A stretch of DNA of 16,218 bases from Thermoproteaceae archaeon (GCA_020833025.1 JAJHRB010000035.1:1-16218), one strand, 5' to 3'. Positions 1 to 8,066 are shown, counted from the first letter of the stretch. Numbers and translations: made by a program. Notes: generated by a model not told the origin, from the letters alone.

Positions 1-780
1 CTGCGGCCCCACCCGCGCGAGGTGCAGCGCGCAAAAGAGTTGAGAGGCGTTATGCTGAGGCTGGCCGAGGGCGCCGACATTGTGACCGTGAGCCACTATC
101 ACCGCGACCACTTCACGCCGTGGTACCCAAGCGCGTACATGGCAACGGACTCGGAGACCTACAAGTCAGTTTACGGCGGGAGGAGGGTTCTCGCCAAGAG
201 TCCGGCTGGCTTGAACTGGTCCCAGCGCACGAGATTCCGCGGCCTCTTAAGGGCCCTCGGCGGGATGGCAGAAATAGTCTACGCAGACGGCGGCTCCTGG
301 ACCTTCGGCGGCACACGCATTATTGCCTCGCAGCCGCTCTGGCACGGCCCGGCCGGCTCAAGAACGGGGAGGGTGCTCGGCTTTTTCATCAGGGACGGAG
401 AGGAGGGCCTGGCATTTCTGCCGGACGTCGAGGGCCCCGTCGAGCCCGAGCCCGTCGCGTTTGTGAGAGAGCACAGGCCGACGATTGTCATTGTCGGGGG
501 CCCTCCGACTTACCTTGGCTGGGACGCGAGCAGGGCGGCCTCGATGCTGGCCGAGATCGTTAGACTGGGGCCGCACACTCTTGTACTGGCGCATCACCTG
601 CTCAGAGACCCGGCGTGGAGGGAGGGAGTCGCGCCAGTTATTGAGCTGGCCGAGAGGCTAGGCGTGCGCGTGACGACTTATGCCGGCCTGGCCGGCAGGC
701 GCGAGGAGCCGCTGGAGGCAATGCGCCGCGAGCTCTACGCGAGGGAGCCAGGGCCGGCCGGCTCTGCGATGTCGCCGTAG
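1..780 (+). CDS. UPF0282-family metallo-beta-lactamase-fold hydrolase, 5'-truncated by the window edge
   Basis: Frame is open from base 1 (LRPHPREVQRAK...). Contains SHYHRDH metal motif, PLWHG and DVEGP motifs, and a late HHLLRD motif typical of this archaeal family. Confidence 0.75.
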   Translation: MRPHPREVQRAKELRGVMLRLAEGADIVTVSHYHRDHFTPWYPSAYMATDSETYKSVYGGRRVLAKSPAGLNWSQRTRFRGLLRALGGMAEIVYADGGSWTFGGTRIIASQPLWHGPAGSRTGRVLGFFIRDGEEGLAFLPDVEGPVEPEPVAFVREHRPTIVIVGGPPTYLGWDASRAASMLAEIVRLGPHTLVLAHHLLRDPAWREGVAPVIELAERLGVRVTTYAGLAGRREEPLEAMRRELYAREPGPAGSAMSP

Positions 781-2006
781 AGGTACACAGGACTCGCCGC
801 AACTATATTAACCTCGACGAAGCTCCCCATCAGCCCGTCGGCGCTGCCCCGCTTGACCACTACCTGCCTGTAGTCGCTGGCCCTGCCCACGACAAGCCCG
901 TGGTCCACCTCATTTACTATCACGACGTCGCGCGTGCCAACCCTCATGCTGTTTCTAGCGTGCGCTATCTTCAGCGCGAGCTCCGACAGTATCTTGCTCC
1001 TCCGCTTCTTCTCCGCGTCGGGAACCTGACGCGGCATCACGGCGGCCTCCGTGAAGGGCCTGGGGCTGAACCTGGCGACGTGAACCTTGTCGAACTGCAG
1101 CCCCTCGACCAGCCTGACCGTCTCCTGGAAGTCGTCGTCGGTCTCGCCGGGAAATCCGACAATCACGTCGGTGGCGATGAATGCCGTCTCGCCGAGCGCC
1201 CCCCTTATCTTTCTGACCAGCTCTCGGTACTCGCCGGCTGTGTACTTGCGGCCCATTGCCGCGAGGATTCTGTCGCTTCCCGACTGGACGGGCAGGTGGA
1301 AGTACCTGTAGACCCTGTGGTCATGCCTTACCACGTCGAGCAGCTGGTCGGCGAATTTCATGAACACGCCGGGGTCTGACATGCCGACCCTCACCTTGTA
1401 CTCGCCCCCGACCTCTCTCAGTATTCTCTCGAGCAAGTCTGGGAGCGTCCACCCGCGCCTCCACCGCATGTCGTAGCCGTAAGTTATGACGTCCTGGCCT
1501 GTGAGGTAAATCTCTCGCGCGCCCCGGGCCACTGCATCCTTGACGTGGCGGATCACGTCGTCCGGATCCGCGCTCTTCACGTAGCCCGCGCCTCCCCTCA
1601 CGTACTTTGTCGCGCAGAACGTGCAATTGCTGAGACACCCCACCTGAACCGGCACGACGTAAGTGACGCCGCCGGTGTACTTAGGCAGCACACTCATTGC
1701 CCTCTCGGGGAGACCCTCTACCTCCGACGGGTATATCAGTCTCGCGCGCGGTGCGATTGACTTAATGGTGTAGGGCCTCAGCCTCGCCAGGCACCCCGCG
1801 ATCACAATTTCCCTGCCCAGCGATGCGAGCTCGCGGATTCTCTTCAGCTGCCGCACCTCGCCGTCCTCCCTCACGGCGCACGTGTAGACTAGTATCACGT
1901 CTGCACTGTCCGCGTCGCTCACGGGCTCGAGGCCCATTCTCTGCACGATAATCTCAGCCTCCGCTCTTGCGAGCCAGCATCCGTATACTTCTACGTGTGC
2001 CCTCAC
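735..2006 (-). CDS. mtaB: MiaB-like radical SAM tRNA methylthiotransferase (archaeal/eukaryotic MtaB type, probable ms2t6A37 synthase)
   Basis: N-terminal UPF0004 cysteines (YGC, YTCAVR, AGCLA), CxxxCxxC motif CLSNCTFC, HLPVQSGSDRIL and TDVIVGFPGETDDDF motifs, C-terminal TRAM-like domain; GTG start. Confidence 0.85.
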   Translation of the reverse strand: MRAHVEVYGCWLARAEAEIIVQRMGLEPVSDADSADVILVYTCAVREDGEVRQLKRIRELASLGREIVIAGCLARLRPYTIKSIAPRARLIYPSEVEGLPERAMSVLPKYTGGVTYVVPVQVGCLSNCTFCATKYVRGGAGYVKSADPDDVIRHVKDAVARGAREIYLTGQDVITYGYDMRWRRGWTLPDLLERILREVGGEYKVRVGMSDPGVFMKFADQLLDVVRHDHRVYRYFHLPVQSGSDRILAAMGRKYTAGEYRELVRKIRGALGETAFIATDVIVGFPGETDDDFQETVRLVEGLQFDKVHVARFSPRPFTEAAVMPRQVPDAEKKRRSKILSELALKIAHARNSMRVGTRDVVIVNEVDHGLVVGRASDYRQVVVKRGSADGLMGSFVEVNIVAASPVYLYGDIAEPAGPGSLA

Positions 2007-2053
2007 CGTGCTCCCATGTGCCCCGCCCTTTGAAGCTTCCCCTGCTGCTGGTC

Positions 2054-2061
2054 ATTTAAAT
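2054..2061. promoter_or_regulatory. Palindromic TATA box (ATTTAAAT) in the mtaB/folP divergent gap
   Basis: About 25 nt before the folP GTG at 2085. A GGAGG Shine-Dalgarno-like motif also precedes that GTG. Confidence 0.6.
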
Positions 2062-2084
2062 TTGCGGCCCTGCGGAGGACTTCC

Positions 2085-2981
2085 GTGAGCATAGAGGGGC
2101 TTCTCGGGCGCATTAGGGTCGGGGACGGGCACCCCGTGAGGGTCGTTGCCGTCATAAACCTGTCCCCCGAGTCGTTCTACAGGGACTCGGTGCCCGAGAA
2201 CCCTGTCAGCAGGGCCCTTGAGCTGGAGAGGTGGTCTGACGTCATAGATGTGGGCGCCATGTCGACGGCGCCGTACCTTGAGTCGTGGGTGCCGCCCGAA
2301 AGGGAGCTCGAGAGGCTTAAGAGAGTCCTGCCCGAGATGGTCAAGAGCGTGAGAGTGCCCGTGAGCGTTGACACTTACAGGCCTGCAGTCGCCGAGTACG
2401 CCCTCAAGGCGGGCGCGGAAATCGTGAACGACGTAACTGGCGGCAAGCTGTATCCCGAGATGTGCCGCGTCGTTGCCGAGTACGGCGCGTCCGTGGTGCT
2501 CCTGGCTAGAGAGCGCGAGCCGAGGCGCGGTCTCGAGCCAACCGCTAGAGTGGTGCAGGCGCTGAGGGAGTCGGTGGAGCACTTTGAGAGGTGCGGGGTC
2601 GACCCCCGGAGGATAATTGCGGACCCGGGAATTGGCTTCCCGCTGCTGCCGCCGGGGGACCGGCCCTTCGTCATCAGGGGCGAGGACAGGCACGGCGATG
2701 AGAGCTGGCCGTGGTGGAAGTGGGACCTGCACGTCATAGCGAACCTAGCCAGGCTGCGGGAGCTGGGCAAGCCTATAATGGTGGGGGTCTCGCGGAAGTC
2801 ATTTCTCTGGAGGGTAACAGGCGCGGGGGGCCCGGAGGAAGTCCTGCCTGCGTCAGTTGCAGCCGAGGCAGCGGCCGTGCTCCACGGCGCGCACGCTGTG
2901 AGGACGCACAACCCGCGGGAGACCAGGCAGGCAGTTAGACTGGCCGAGGCTCTGTTGTTGTTCACGCAACCGCGCTGGTGA
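2085..2981 (+). CDS. folP: Dihydropteroate synthase (archaeal type pterin-binding TIM barrel)
   Basis: NLSPESFY, DVGAMSTAP, SVDTY, VNDVTG, DPGIGF, VGVSRKSF and RTHN motifs match the DHPS family. Confidence 0.85.
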   Translation: MSIEGLLGRIRVGDGHPVRVVAVINLSPESFYRDSVPENPVSRALELERWSDVIDVGAMSTAPYLESWVPPERELERLKRVLPEMVKSVRVPVSVDTYRPAVAEYALKAGAEIVNDVTGGKLYPEMCRVVAEYGASVVLLAREREPRRGLEPTARVVQALRESVEHFERCGVDPRRIIADPGIGFPLLPPGDRPFVIRGEDRHGDESWPWWKWDLHVIANLARLRELGKPIMVGVSRKSFLWRVTGAGGPEEVLPASVAAEAAAVLHGAHAVRTHNPRETRQAVRLAEALLLFTQPRW

Positions 2982-2984
2982 GGC

Positions 2985-3515
2985 TCAGGCTGCGCGCCGG
3001 GCCCTGACCCTCATCAGCGAGAAGTTGTCCGACTCGGCGAGAACGGATATGCCCGTCTTGCTTGGGAATAGCTCGAGCCACAGCAGCCTGTCAGGCTGCG
3101 TTAAGTTCACCTTTCTATTGATTGCCCTCGCTACGTAGTCTATGACTGAGACTCTGTCGTACTTAACGCCGCGCTTCCTCAGCTCTATTCTGTAGCTCTC
3201 GTCCGGTCTTATGTATCGCTCGGCGAGCTCGGAAGCGGCTCTCTGTATCTCGTCAAGGTCCGTCCTCACGACTGACATTATTGGCGTCACTCTAAGGACG
3301 TATCTGGGGATGTAATAATTGTTCACAATGACGTCGGTGAGCATTCTGACGAACTCCACGGGGTCTCCCTCCACTCTCGCTGTCAGCAGCCCGTCGAATC
3401 CCGTGAACCACACTCCCTCTACCCTCCTGCCTACGATATCCCCTACTCTGTACAGCTCCTCCATACATAGCCTTTCGTTGCGCCATCCTGTCGCCACGAC
3501 AAGGTTCCAGCTCAT
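2985..3515 (-). CDS. Stand-alone THUMP-domain RNA-binding protein (Tan1-like)
   Basis: ESYRIELRKRG...VNLTQPDRLLWLELF is the THUMP core. ATG at 3515 was chosen because TTTATTAA (3546-3539, minus strand) lies about 24 nt upstream. Confidence 0.8.
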   Translation of the reverse strand: MSWNLVVATGWRNERLCMEELYRVGDIVGRRVEGVWFTGFDGLLTARVEGDPVEFVRMLTDVIVNNYYIPRYVLRVTPIMSVVRTDLDEIQRAASELAERYIRPDESYRIELRKRGVKYDRVSVIDYVARAINRKVNLTQPDRLLWLELFPSKTGISVLAESDNFSLMRVRARRAA

Positions 3516-3538
3516 CGCGCCAGTCCACACGCCGGCAC

Positions 3539-3572
3539 TTAATAAAGCTCTCGAGCTCTGCTAACTTTAAAA
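3539..3572. promoter_or_regulatory. Back-to-back divergent TATA boxes (TTTATTAA minus strand 3546-3539; TTTAAAA plus strand 3566-3572)
   Basis: Each lies 21-31 nt before the respective start codon (3515 and 3593). Confidence 0.65.
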
Positions 3573-3592
3573 CGGCCCCGCCGCCCTCTCCG

Positions 3593-4018
3593 ATGAAGTA
3601 CAGGCTGATGGACGTTCTTGCGTGTCCCTACGACAAGACTTTCCCGCTCCAGCTCGTTGTAATCAAGCGCACGGAGCACCCAGAGAGGCAGTACACGTGG
3701 CCCAGGAAGCCGTTCTGCGAGGAGTACTGCGCCTACAGGAACCTCAAGATAAAGGAGCACCCCAAGCCAGACGCCCTCCCGTGCGAGGAGTGCCACAAGT
3801 GGGAGATTGAGAGCGGCGTGATATACTGCCCCGCGTGCGGGAGGTGGTACCCCATAATTGAGGAGATTCCGAGAATGCTTCCCGACGAGCTGAGGAATGA
3901 GAAGGACGAGCTGAGCTTCCTAGAGCAGATCTCGGAGGAGCTAGAGAGGGCGGCGCCCGAGGTCGCGGATAAAATACTGCAGCACGGCAAGCCCTTCAAC
4001 CTGGCCTCGAGAAGATAG
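3593..4018 (+). CDS. trm112: Trm112-family methyltransferase activator, Cys-rich crenarchaeal form
   Basis: MKYRLMDVLACP N-terminus and GVIYCPACGRWYPIIEEIPRMLPDE C-terminal signature. Confidence 0.85.
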   Translation: MKYRLMDVLACPYDKTFPLQLVVIKRTEHPERQYTWPRKPFCEEYCAYRNLKIKEHPKPDALPCEECHKWEIESGVIYCPACGRWYPIIEEIPRMLPDELRNEKDELSFLEQISEELERAAPEVADKILQHGKPFNLASRR

Positions 4019-4401
4019 CGCCCTGCCCTCGACAGGAGCCTCGCGACCGCGTTGGCAAGAACGCCCGCCGCCTGCTCGGCGGCAGCAGGCCGCGCTAATT
4101 CAGGCCGGCCGAGACCCGCCCCCGGAAGTGCCTCTCTGCGTCTCGGAGCGCCGGAGGGCGGCCGGGGCTCTGTGCGCTGACGCCCTCTATTCACCGCCCA
4201 CGAGCGGCGAGTAACGGGCCTGACGTTCGTGCGTGCTGTGCAATCCGGAGCCCCGCTCACGGACGGCCGCAACGGCCGCCTCCGGGGCCGATCCTGCCGC
4301 CATTGCCTTGCAGCGCGGGTTAAAAAAAAAAAGCACCGGCGCGCTGCCAGCGCGCCGAGATGCGCAGTAAATAATTAATTCCCGCTCGCGCTAAGGCTCG
4401 C

Positions 4402-5232
4402 GTGTCCAGCGCCATTAAGCGCGCTCCCACTGGAGTAGCGGAGCTGGACAGGGCGCTCGAGGGCGGCGTGCCGCAGGGCTCGTGGATTGTCGTCACGGGG
4501 GAGCCCGGCGTGGGCAAGTCAATACTGTGCATGCACTTCGCGCACGCTGGACTGAAGGCCGGCGACCCCGTGGTCTACGTCACGACGGAGCAGGAGTTCA
4601 AGGACGTCATGGAGCAGGCAAGGCAGCTGGGAATGGACATGTCGGAGTTCACCGTGCACAGCATTGCGTCGAGGAGGCAGCCGGAGGAGCCGCCGCACAT
4701 CGTCGTGATAGATATCTTCGGCCTTCTGAAGGTCGCGAGGCAGCTCTCGGAGAGGGCCAGGGCAGAGGCACAGGGGGCGGACAGGGAGAGGGCAAGGAAG
4801 TACGCCACGCTGTCAATAGAGACGCTGATCGAGGCAATAAACGAGGCCTACGACATTCTGGCGGTGGTCAGCGAGAGGGGGAGGGCGCCGGAGAGGCACG
4901 TCCGCCTGGTGATAGACTCCATGAGCGCGTTCTGGGCAGACAAGCCGGCAATGGCCAGAAAGTACTCGTACCAGCTCAAGATAGCGACGCACAGGGACAA
5001 CGTGACCGCGCTCCTGACGAGCCAGTACGCGCCGACGACGAAGATGACCTTCGGCTTCGGCCTGGAGCACATAGCCGACGGCGTGGTACACATGTGGATG
5101 GACGACGTGGAGACGGCCAAGGAGGTCAGGAGGTGGCTCATCGTGAAGAAAATGAGGATGACGAACCACGCAGTGAGGGCATTTCGCGTCAACATAGTCC
5201 CGGGCAGGGGTCTCGTGCTCGAGACGCCGTGA
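4402..5232 (+). CDS. Single-domain KaiC-like RecA-superfamily ATPase (COG0467-type)
   Basis: PTGVAELDRALEGG, Walker A GEPGVGKS, Walker B LVIDS, EHIADGVV and RRWLIVKKMRMTNH. TAATTAAT (4372-4379) lies before the GTG start. Confidence 0.85.
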   Translation: MSSAIKRAPTGVAELDRALEGGVPQGSWIVVTGEPGVGKSILCMHFAHAGLKAGDPVVYVTTEQEFKDVMEQARQLGMDMSEFTVHSIASRRQPEEPPHIVVIDIFGLLKVARQLSERARAEAQGADRERARKYATLSIETLIEAINEAYDILAVVSERGRAPERHVRLVIDSMSAFWADKPAMARKYSYQLKIATHRDNVTALLTSQYAPTTKMTFGFGLEHIADGVVHMWMDDVETAKEVRRWLIVKKMRMTNHAVRAFRVNIVPGRGLVLETP

Positions 5233-5248
5233 GGCCGGCCGGCACGGC

Positions 5249-5791
5249 TCAACTCGCGCCCAGCCCCCGCTTGAGCACAAATTTAATGTACTCCCTGCCC
5301 CCCACGTTAGCTCCCCGCTTCACCGAGACCCTCAAAATATAGGGCTCCGGCGTCTCGACAGCGCCGCTGAAGTGCCAGTCGACTATCTGCGCGTTCTGCG
5401 GGAAGATCCAGACGGCCTCGTAGTCGTACTCTGCCGCCTCCTCCTCGTACACGTTCTCGTACACATTCTCGCCGTCTTTTAGCGGTGCGGGGAAGGAGCC
5501 CGTGAACACTATATAGGGCCTGGTGGGAGAGCCCCTGAGCCCTACGTAGACGTCGTGAATAAGCGGGCGCACTCTCTGTCCGTTAACTCTCACAACCTCC
5601 CCGTCCATGAATCTCTGCATGTTCTCCCACACCGTCGAGATCTCGCGGGAGAGTCTCTCACCGCCTTCCCGCAAGAGCCTATAGTAGTAACGCGCTCTGT
5701 CCGAGTAGTCAAATATTATGATCATGTTAACAACGCCGGGATTCACAACGTAAAAGCCCTGGGCGTAAACAGGCACAACCTCCTCGGTCAC
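5249..5791 (-). CDS. Conserved-looking hypothetical protein (about 180 aa)
   Basis: Protein-like 3' part of ORF 5249..6265 (VPVYAQGFYVV...ENVYEEEAAEYDYEAVWIFP). GTG at 5791 lies about 20-25 nt after a TTATTA element. The upstream part of that ORF overlaps dph5 and is not protein-like. Confidence 0.65.
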   Translation of the reverse strand: MTEEVVPVYAQGFYVVNPGVVNMIIIFDYSDRARYYYRLLREGGERLSREISTVWENMQRFMDGEVVRVNGQRVRPLIHDVYVGLRGSPTRPYIVFTGSFPAPLKDGENVYENVYEEEAAEYDYEAVWIFPQNAQIVDWHFSGAVETPEPYILRVSVKRGANVGGREYIKFVLKRGLGAS

Positions 5792-5826
5792 GCGCGAGCG
5801 GGCGCGGGCGGTAATAATCTGTGCGC

Positions 5827-6609
5827 CTAGCTGCCCGCCTCCCGGCCCCCCTGGCCCGACGCCACTGATGCTAGACACTCCCTCTCCACAGGGCCCAGCG
5901 AGGCAGGCACAATGATTACGGCCGGGCCCTCCACGTCGCACTTCAGCAACTCGCCAAGGGCCGCGCGCAGCACCGAGCCGCCCCAGCCGAGCCTGTAAAC
6001 CACGATCACCTCTCTCGTCTTGACGAACACGCCGCGCCTTGCCGCGCCCTCCAACTCCAGCAGCACCGCCGCGGCGTCTCTCGGCGGCATGTATGAGCCA
6101 TCGTCTCTGACGTCCAGGAGGAGCAGCGTGTGAAGCCCCCTCTTTAAGTTCATCTCCGCGAGCTCGTAAGGCCTCATCGAGTACACCCCGCCCCTGGGGT
6201 AGGTCACTGTGGCGACCCCTCCCAGCCTGTACACAGACAGGCAGCTCACGGAGAGGGCGGCGCACACTATAGAGACTCCTGGCACTATCTCAACGCTGTG
6301 GCCCCGCGACCTCACTAACGCTACCAGTGCTGCGTGAGAGGTTGCGAGGAGCGGGTCTCCTGCAGTCACCAGCGCCGCGCTCTTCCCTGCATTGAGGCAC
6401 TCAAGTATCTTGCGCCCCGACTCATCCTCTAGGTCTCGCCTTGTGAGCTTGAGCGGCTCTCTACCCGCGAGCTTGCGCAGCAGTTCGACGTGAGCGGGGC
6501 CCGTGTAGTCCTCGTAAAATAGACAGTCGGCCTCGCGCAGCACTCGCAGCGCCCTCTCAGTAACGTAGCCTGGCCCGGGGCCGATGCCGGCGAGGTAAAG
6601 TTTTGCCAT
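5827..6609 (-). CDS. dph5: Diphthine synthase (diphthamide methyltransferase)
   Basis: LYLAGIG, FYEDYT, LTRRDLED, AGDPLLATSH, PGVSI, NLKRGLHTLLLLDV motifs. Confidence 0.9.
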   Translation of the reverse strand: MAKLYLAGIGPGPGYVTERALRVLREADCLFYEDYTGPAHVELLRKLAGREPLKLTRRDLEDESGRKILECLNAGKSAALVTAGDPLLATSHAALVALVRSRGHSVEIVPGVSIVCAALSVSCLSVYRLGGVATVTYPRGGVYSMRPYELAEMNLKRGLHTLLLLDVRDDGSYMPPRDAAAVLLELEGAARRGVFVKTREVIVVYRLGWGGSVLRAALGELLKCDVEGPAVIIVPASLGPVERECLASVASGQGGREAGS

Positions 6610-6623
6610 TCCGGGCGGGCGCG

Positions 6624-7268
6624 CTAGCGGACTCTCCTGAAGTCAAACTTTAGCAGCAGCAGGGGCCCGCTGACTCTCCTTAGCGCGTCCACTCTCTCCA
6701 GCAGCCTGTACGCGAGCTCTCCTGACGTGTACATTCTAATCACCTCCCGCGCGCCGTGAGAATTCAAGAGATTGCCTAACTCGTCGTGGACGAGAAACTC
6801 GGCAATTTGCTCCACCCCTGCGACCTCCCCGCTCCTGATGAGATTTGCTATTATGAAGAGCTTCAGCTCTCTGAGCCTCTCCCTGCCCAGCACGCGCGAG
6901 ATGTTGACGCGCTCTGGCCTCTCTGCGCGGGCCCTCTGCTTTAGCTCTTTGTCTGAAAACACGAGCTTAACGCGCTGATTCCACTTTATTTTCCAAAGAA
7001 CAAACCACTCCGAAACTATATCCCAGAGCTTGTGGCGGGCCCTCTCGATGAACGCACAGAGCAGCCTGCGGGCTCCCTCCTCCGAGAACCTCTCCCTAGA
7101 GTAAACACCAGCGCGCGTCGCAAAGTAGTGCACTAGGTCGTTCACGGCAAAGTTCTTGAGGATTTCCAGCTCGGCGCGCGGCACGCCCTCGTAGTGCTCT
7201 GAGACCAGCCTATCCACCACCTCCTCCACGGCTCTAATTGCAGCATCATAGTCACAGTGATCGAACAT
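6624..7268 (-). CDS. Hypothetical protein (214 aa), probably co-transcribed between truA and dph5
   Basis: ATG-started ORF fills the gap with 24-nt and 14-nt spacers on the same strand; helical, charged composition; no motif recognised. Confidence 0.7.
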   Translation of the reverse strand: MFDHCDYDAAIRAVEEVVDRLVSEHYEGVPRAELEILKNFAVNDLVHYFATRAGVYSRERFSEEGARRLLCAFIERARHKLWDIVSEWFVLWKIKWNQRVKLVFSDKELKQRARAERPERVNISRVLGRERLRELKLFIIANLIRSGEVAGVEQIAEFLVHDELGNLLNSHGAREVIRMYTSGELAYRLLERVDALRRVSGPLLLLKFDFRRVR

Positions 7269-7292
7269 GCGAGCTTCGACTCCCGGCTTTAA

Positions 7293-8066
7293 TTAGTCTT
7301 CCCAGAGGGCGAGAGCCTTGCCTGCAGTCTCGAGCGCCGCGGCGCGCGCCGCGAGACTTCTCGCCTTGGACAGGAAGTAGCGGTAGACAGATCTGAGCGC
7401 CGCGGCATCTACCTGAAAGGACACGCCGTCGTACTCTATGTTAAGCAGAACGAGCCCCTCGGCAGGCGCGCTGGGAACGGCGCCTGGCCTCGGATTCTCA
7501 AGCAACTCCTTGAGGTCCCCGAGCCGCAGCACTCCGCGGCCTGCCGCGAGAATGGCCCACGCGAGCTTCCGCAGCATTTTATTCCTGAACCCCCGCCCCA
7601 CAAATCGCATGATGACAAGACTGCCTGCGAGCTCGACGTCAATTCTGTAAATCGTCGTGACTGCAGGCACTCCCCTGCTGCCGCGCATCTTCGCGAACGA
7701 GGCGTAGTTATGCGTGCCTGTGAGGAGGCCGGCAGCCTCGCGCATGGCCTCCAAGTCCTCGCCCCAGTGCGGCGCGACGTAGAGGTACTCACGCGCCCTG
7801 GCGCGCCTCGGGTTGAAGCCGTCGGGCACGCTCGCGACAGCCCACACCCAGACTCCGCGCGGCAGTCTAGAGTTGATGTAGCCCACCGGCAGCACCCGGG
7901 AGGCCATGACAACGTTCGCCACCGCGGACACGCCTGGGTCCGTCCTGCTCCCCCTGCCGAGAATCTCGCCGAGAGCGCGCCTCAGCGCCCGCTCCACCGA
8001 GTTTTGATGGCCCGTGAATCCGTGAAAGAGCGCGCCGTCATACGCAACCCTGTAAAGGTAGGGCAT
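7293..8066 (-). CDS. truA: tRNA pseudouridine(38-40) synthase
   Basis: YRVAYDGALFHGF, catalytic RTDPGVSA, FNPR, GTHNYASF, GFRNKMLRKL, APAEGLVL. ATG at 8066 with TTAATATAA (8097-8089) upstream. Confidence 0.9.
   Translation of the reverse strand: MPYLYRVAYDGALFHGFTGHQNSVERALRRALGEILGRGSRTDPGVSAVANVVMASRVLPVGYINSRLPRGVWVWAVASVPDGFNPRRARAREYLYVAPHWGEDLEAMREAAGLLTGTHNYASFAKMRGSRGVPAVTTIYRIDVELAGSLVIMRFVGRGFRNKMLRKLAWAILAAGRGVLRLGDLKELLENPRPGAVPSAPAEGLVLLNIEYDGVSFQVDAAALRSVYRYFLSKARSLAARAAALETAGKALALWED

Noticed and set aside
4039-4051. 13-mer CCTCGCGACCGCG repeated at 10451-10463, just before the tRNA half
   Set aside because: A few exact 13-mer repeats are expected by chance in 16 kb of GC-rich DNA, and there is no extension beyond 13 nt. 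Both copies being intergenic is only mildly suggestive.
3733-4303. 179-aa minus-strand ORF (3733..4272) and a 38-aa ATG ORF starting at 4303
   Set aside because: The first has a TTG start and runs antisense through trm112. The second has no recognisable features. Neither can be supported as coding, though the 38-aa peptide cannot be excluded.
4019-4320. Assignment of the structured gap as RNase P RNA or canonical SRP RNA
   Set aside because: The P4 signatures and the intact SRP helix-8 motif are not present on either strand; only short partial resemblances (CAGGCCCG, GGAAGTGCC, ACAGAGCCCCGGC) were seen.
4482-5342. 286-aa plus-strand ORF and the antisense ORFs over the KaiC-like gene
   Set aside because: Alternate frames of a clearly identified gene, with Arg/Gly-rich non-protein-like composition.
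5792-6265. N-terminal 158 codons of ORF 5249..6265
   Set aside because: Overlaps dph5 out of frame and is low-complexity; the real gene probably starts at GTG 5791.
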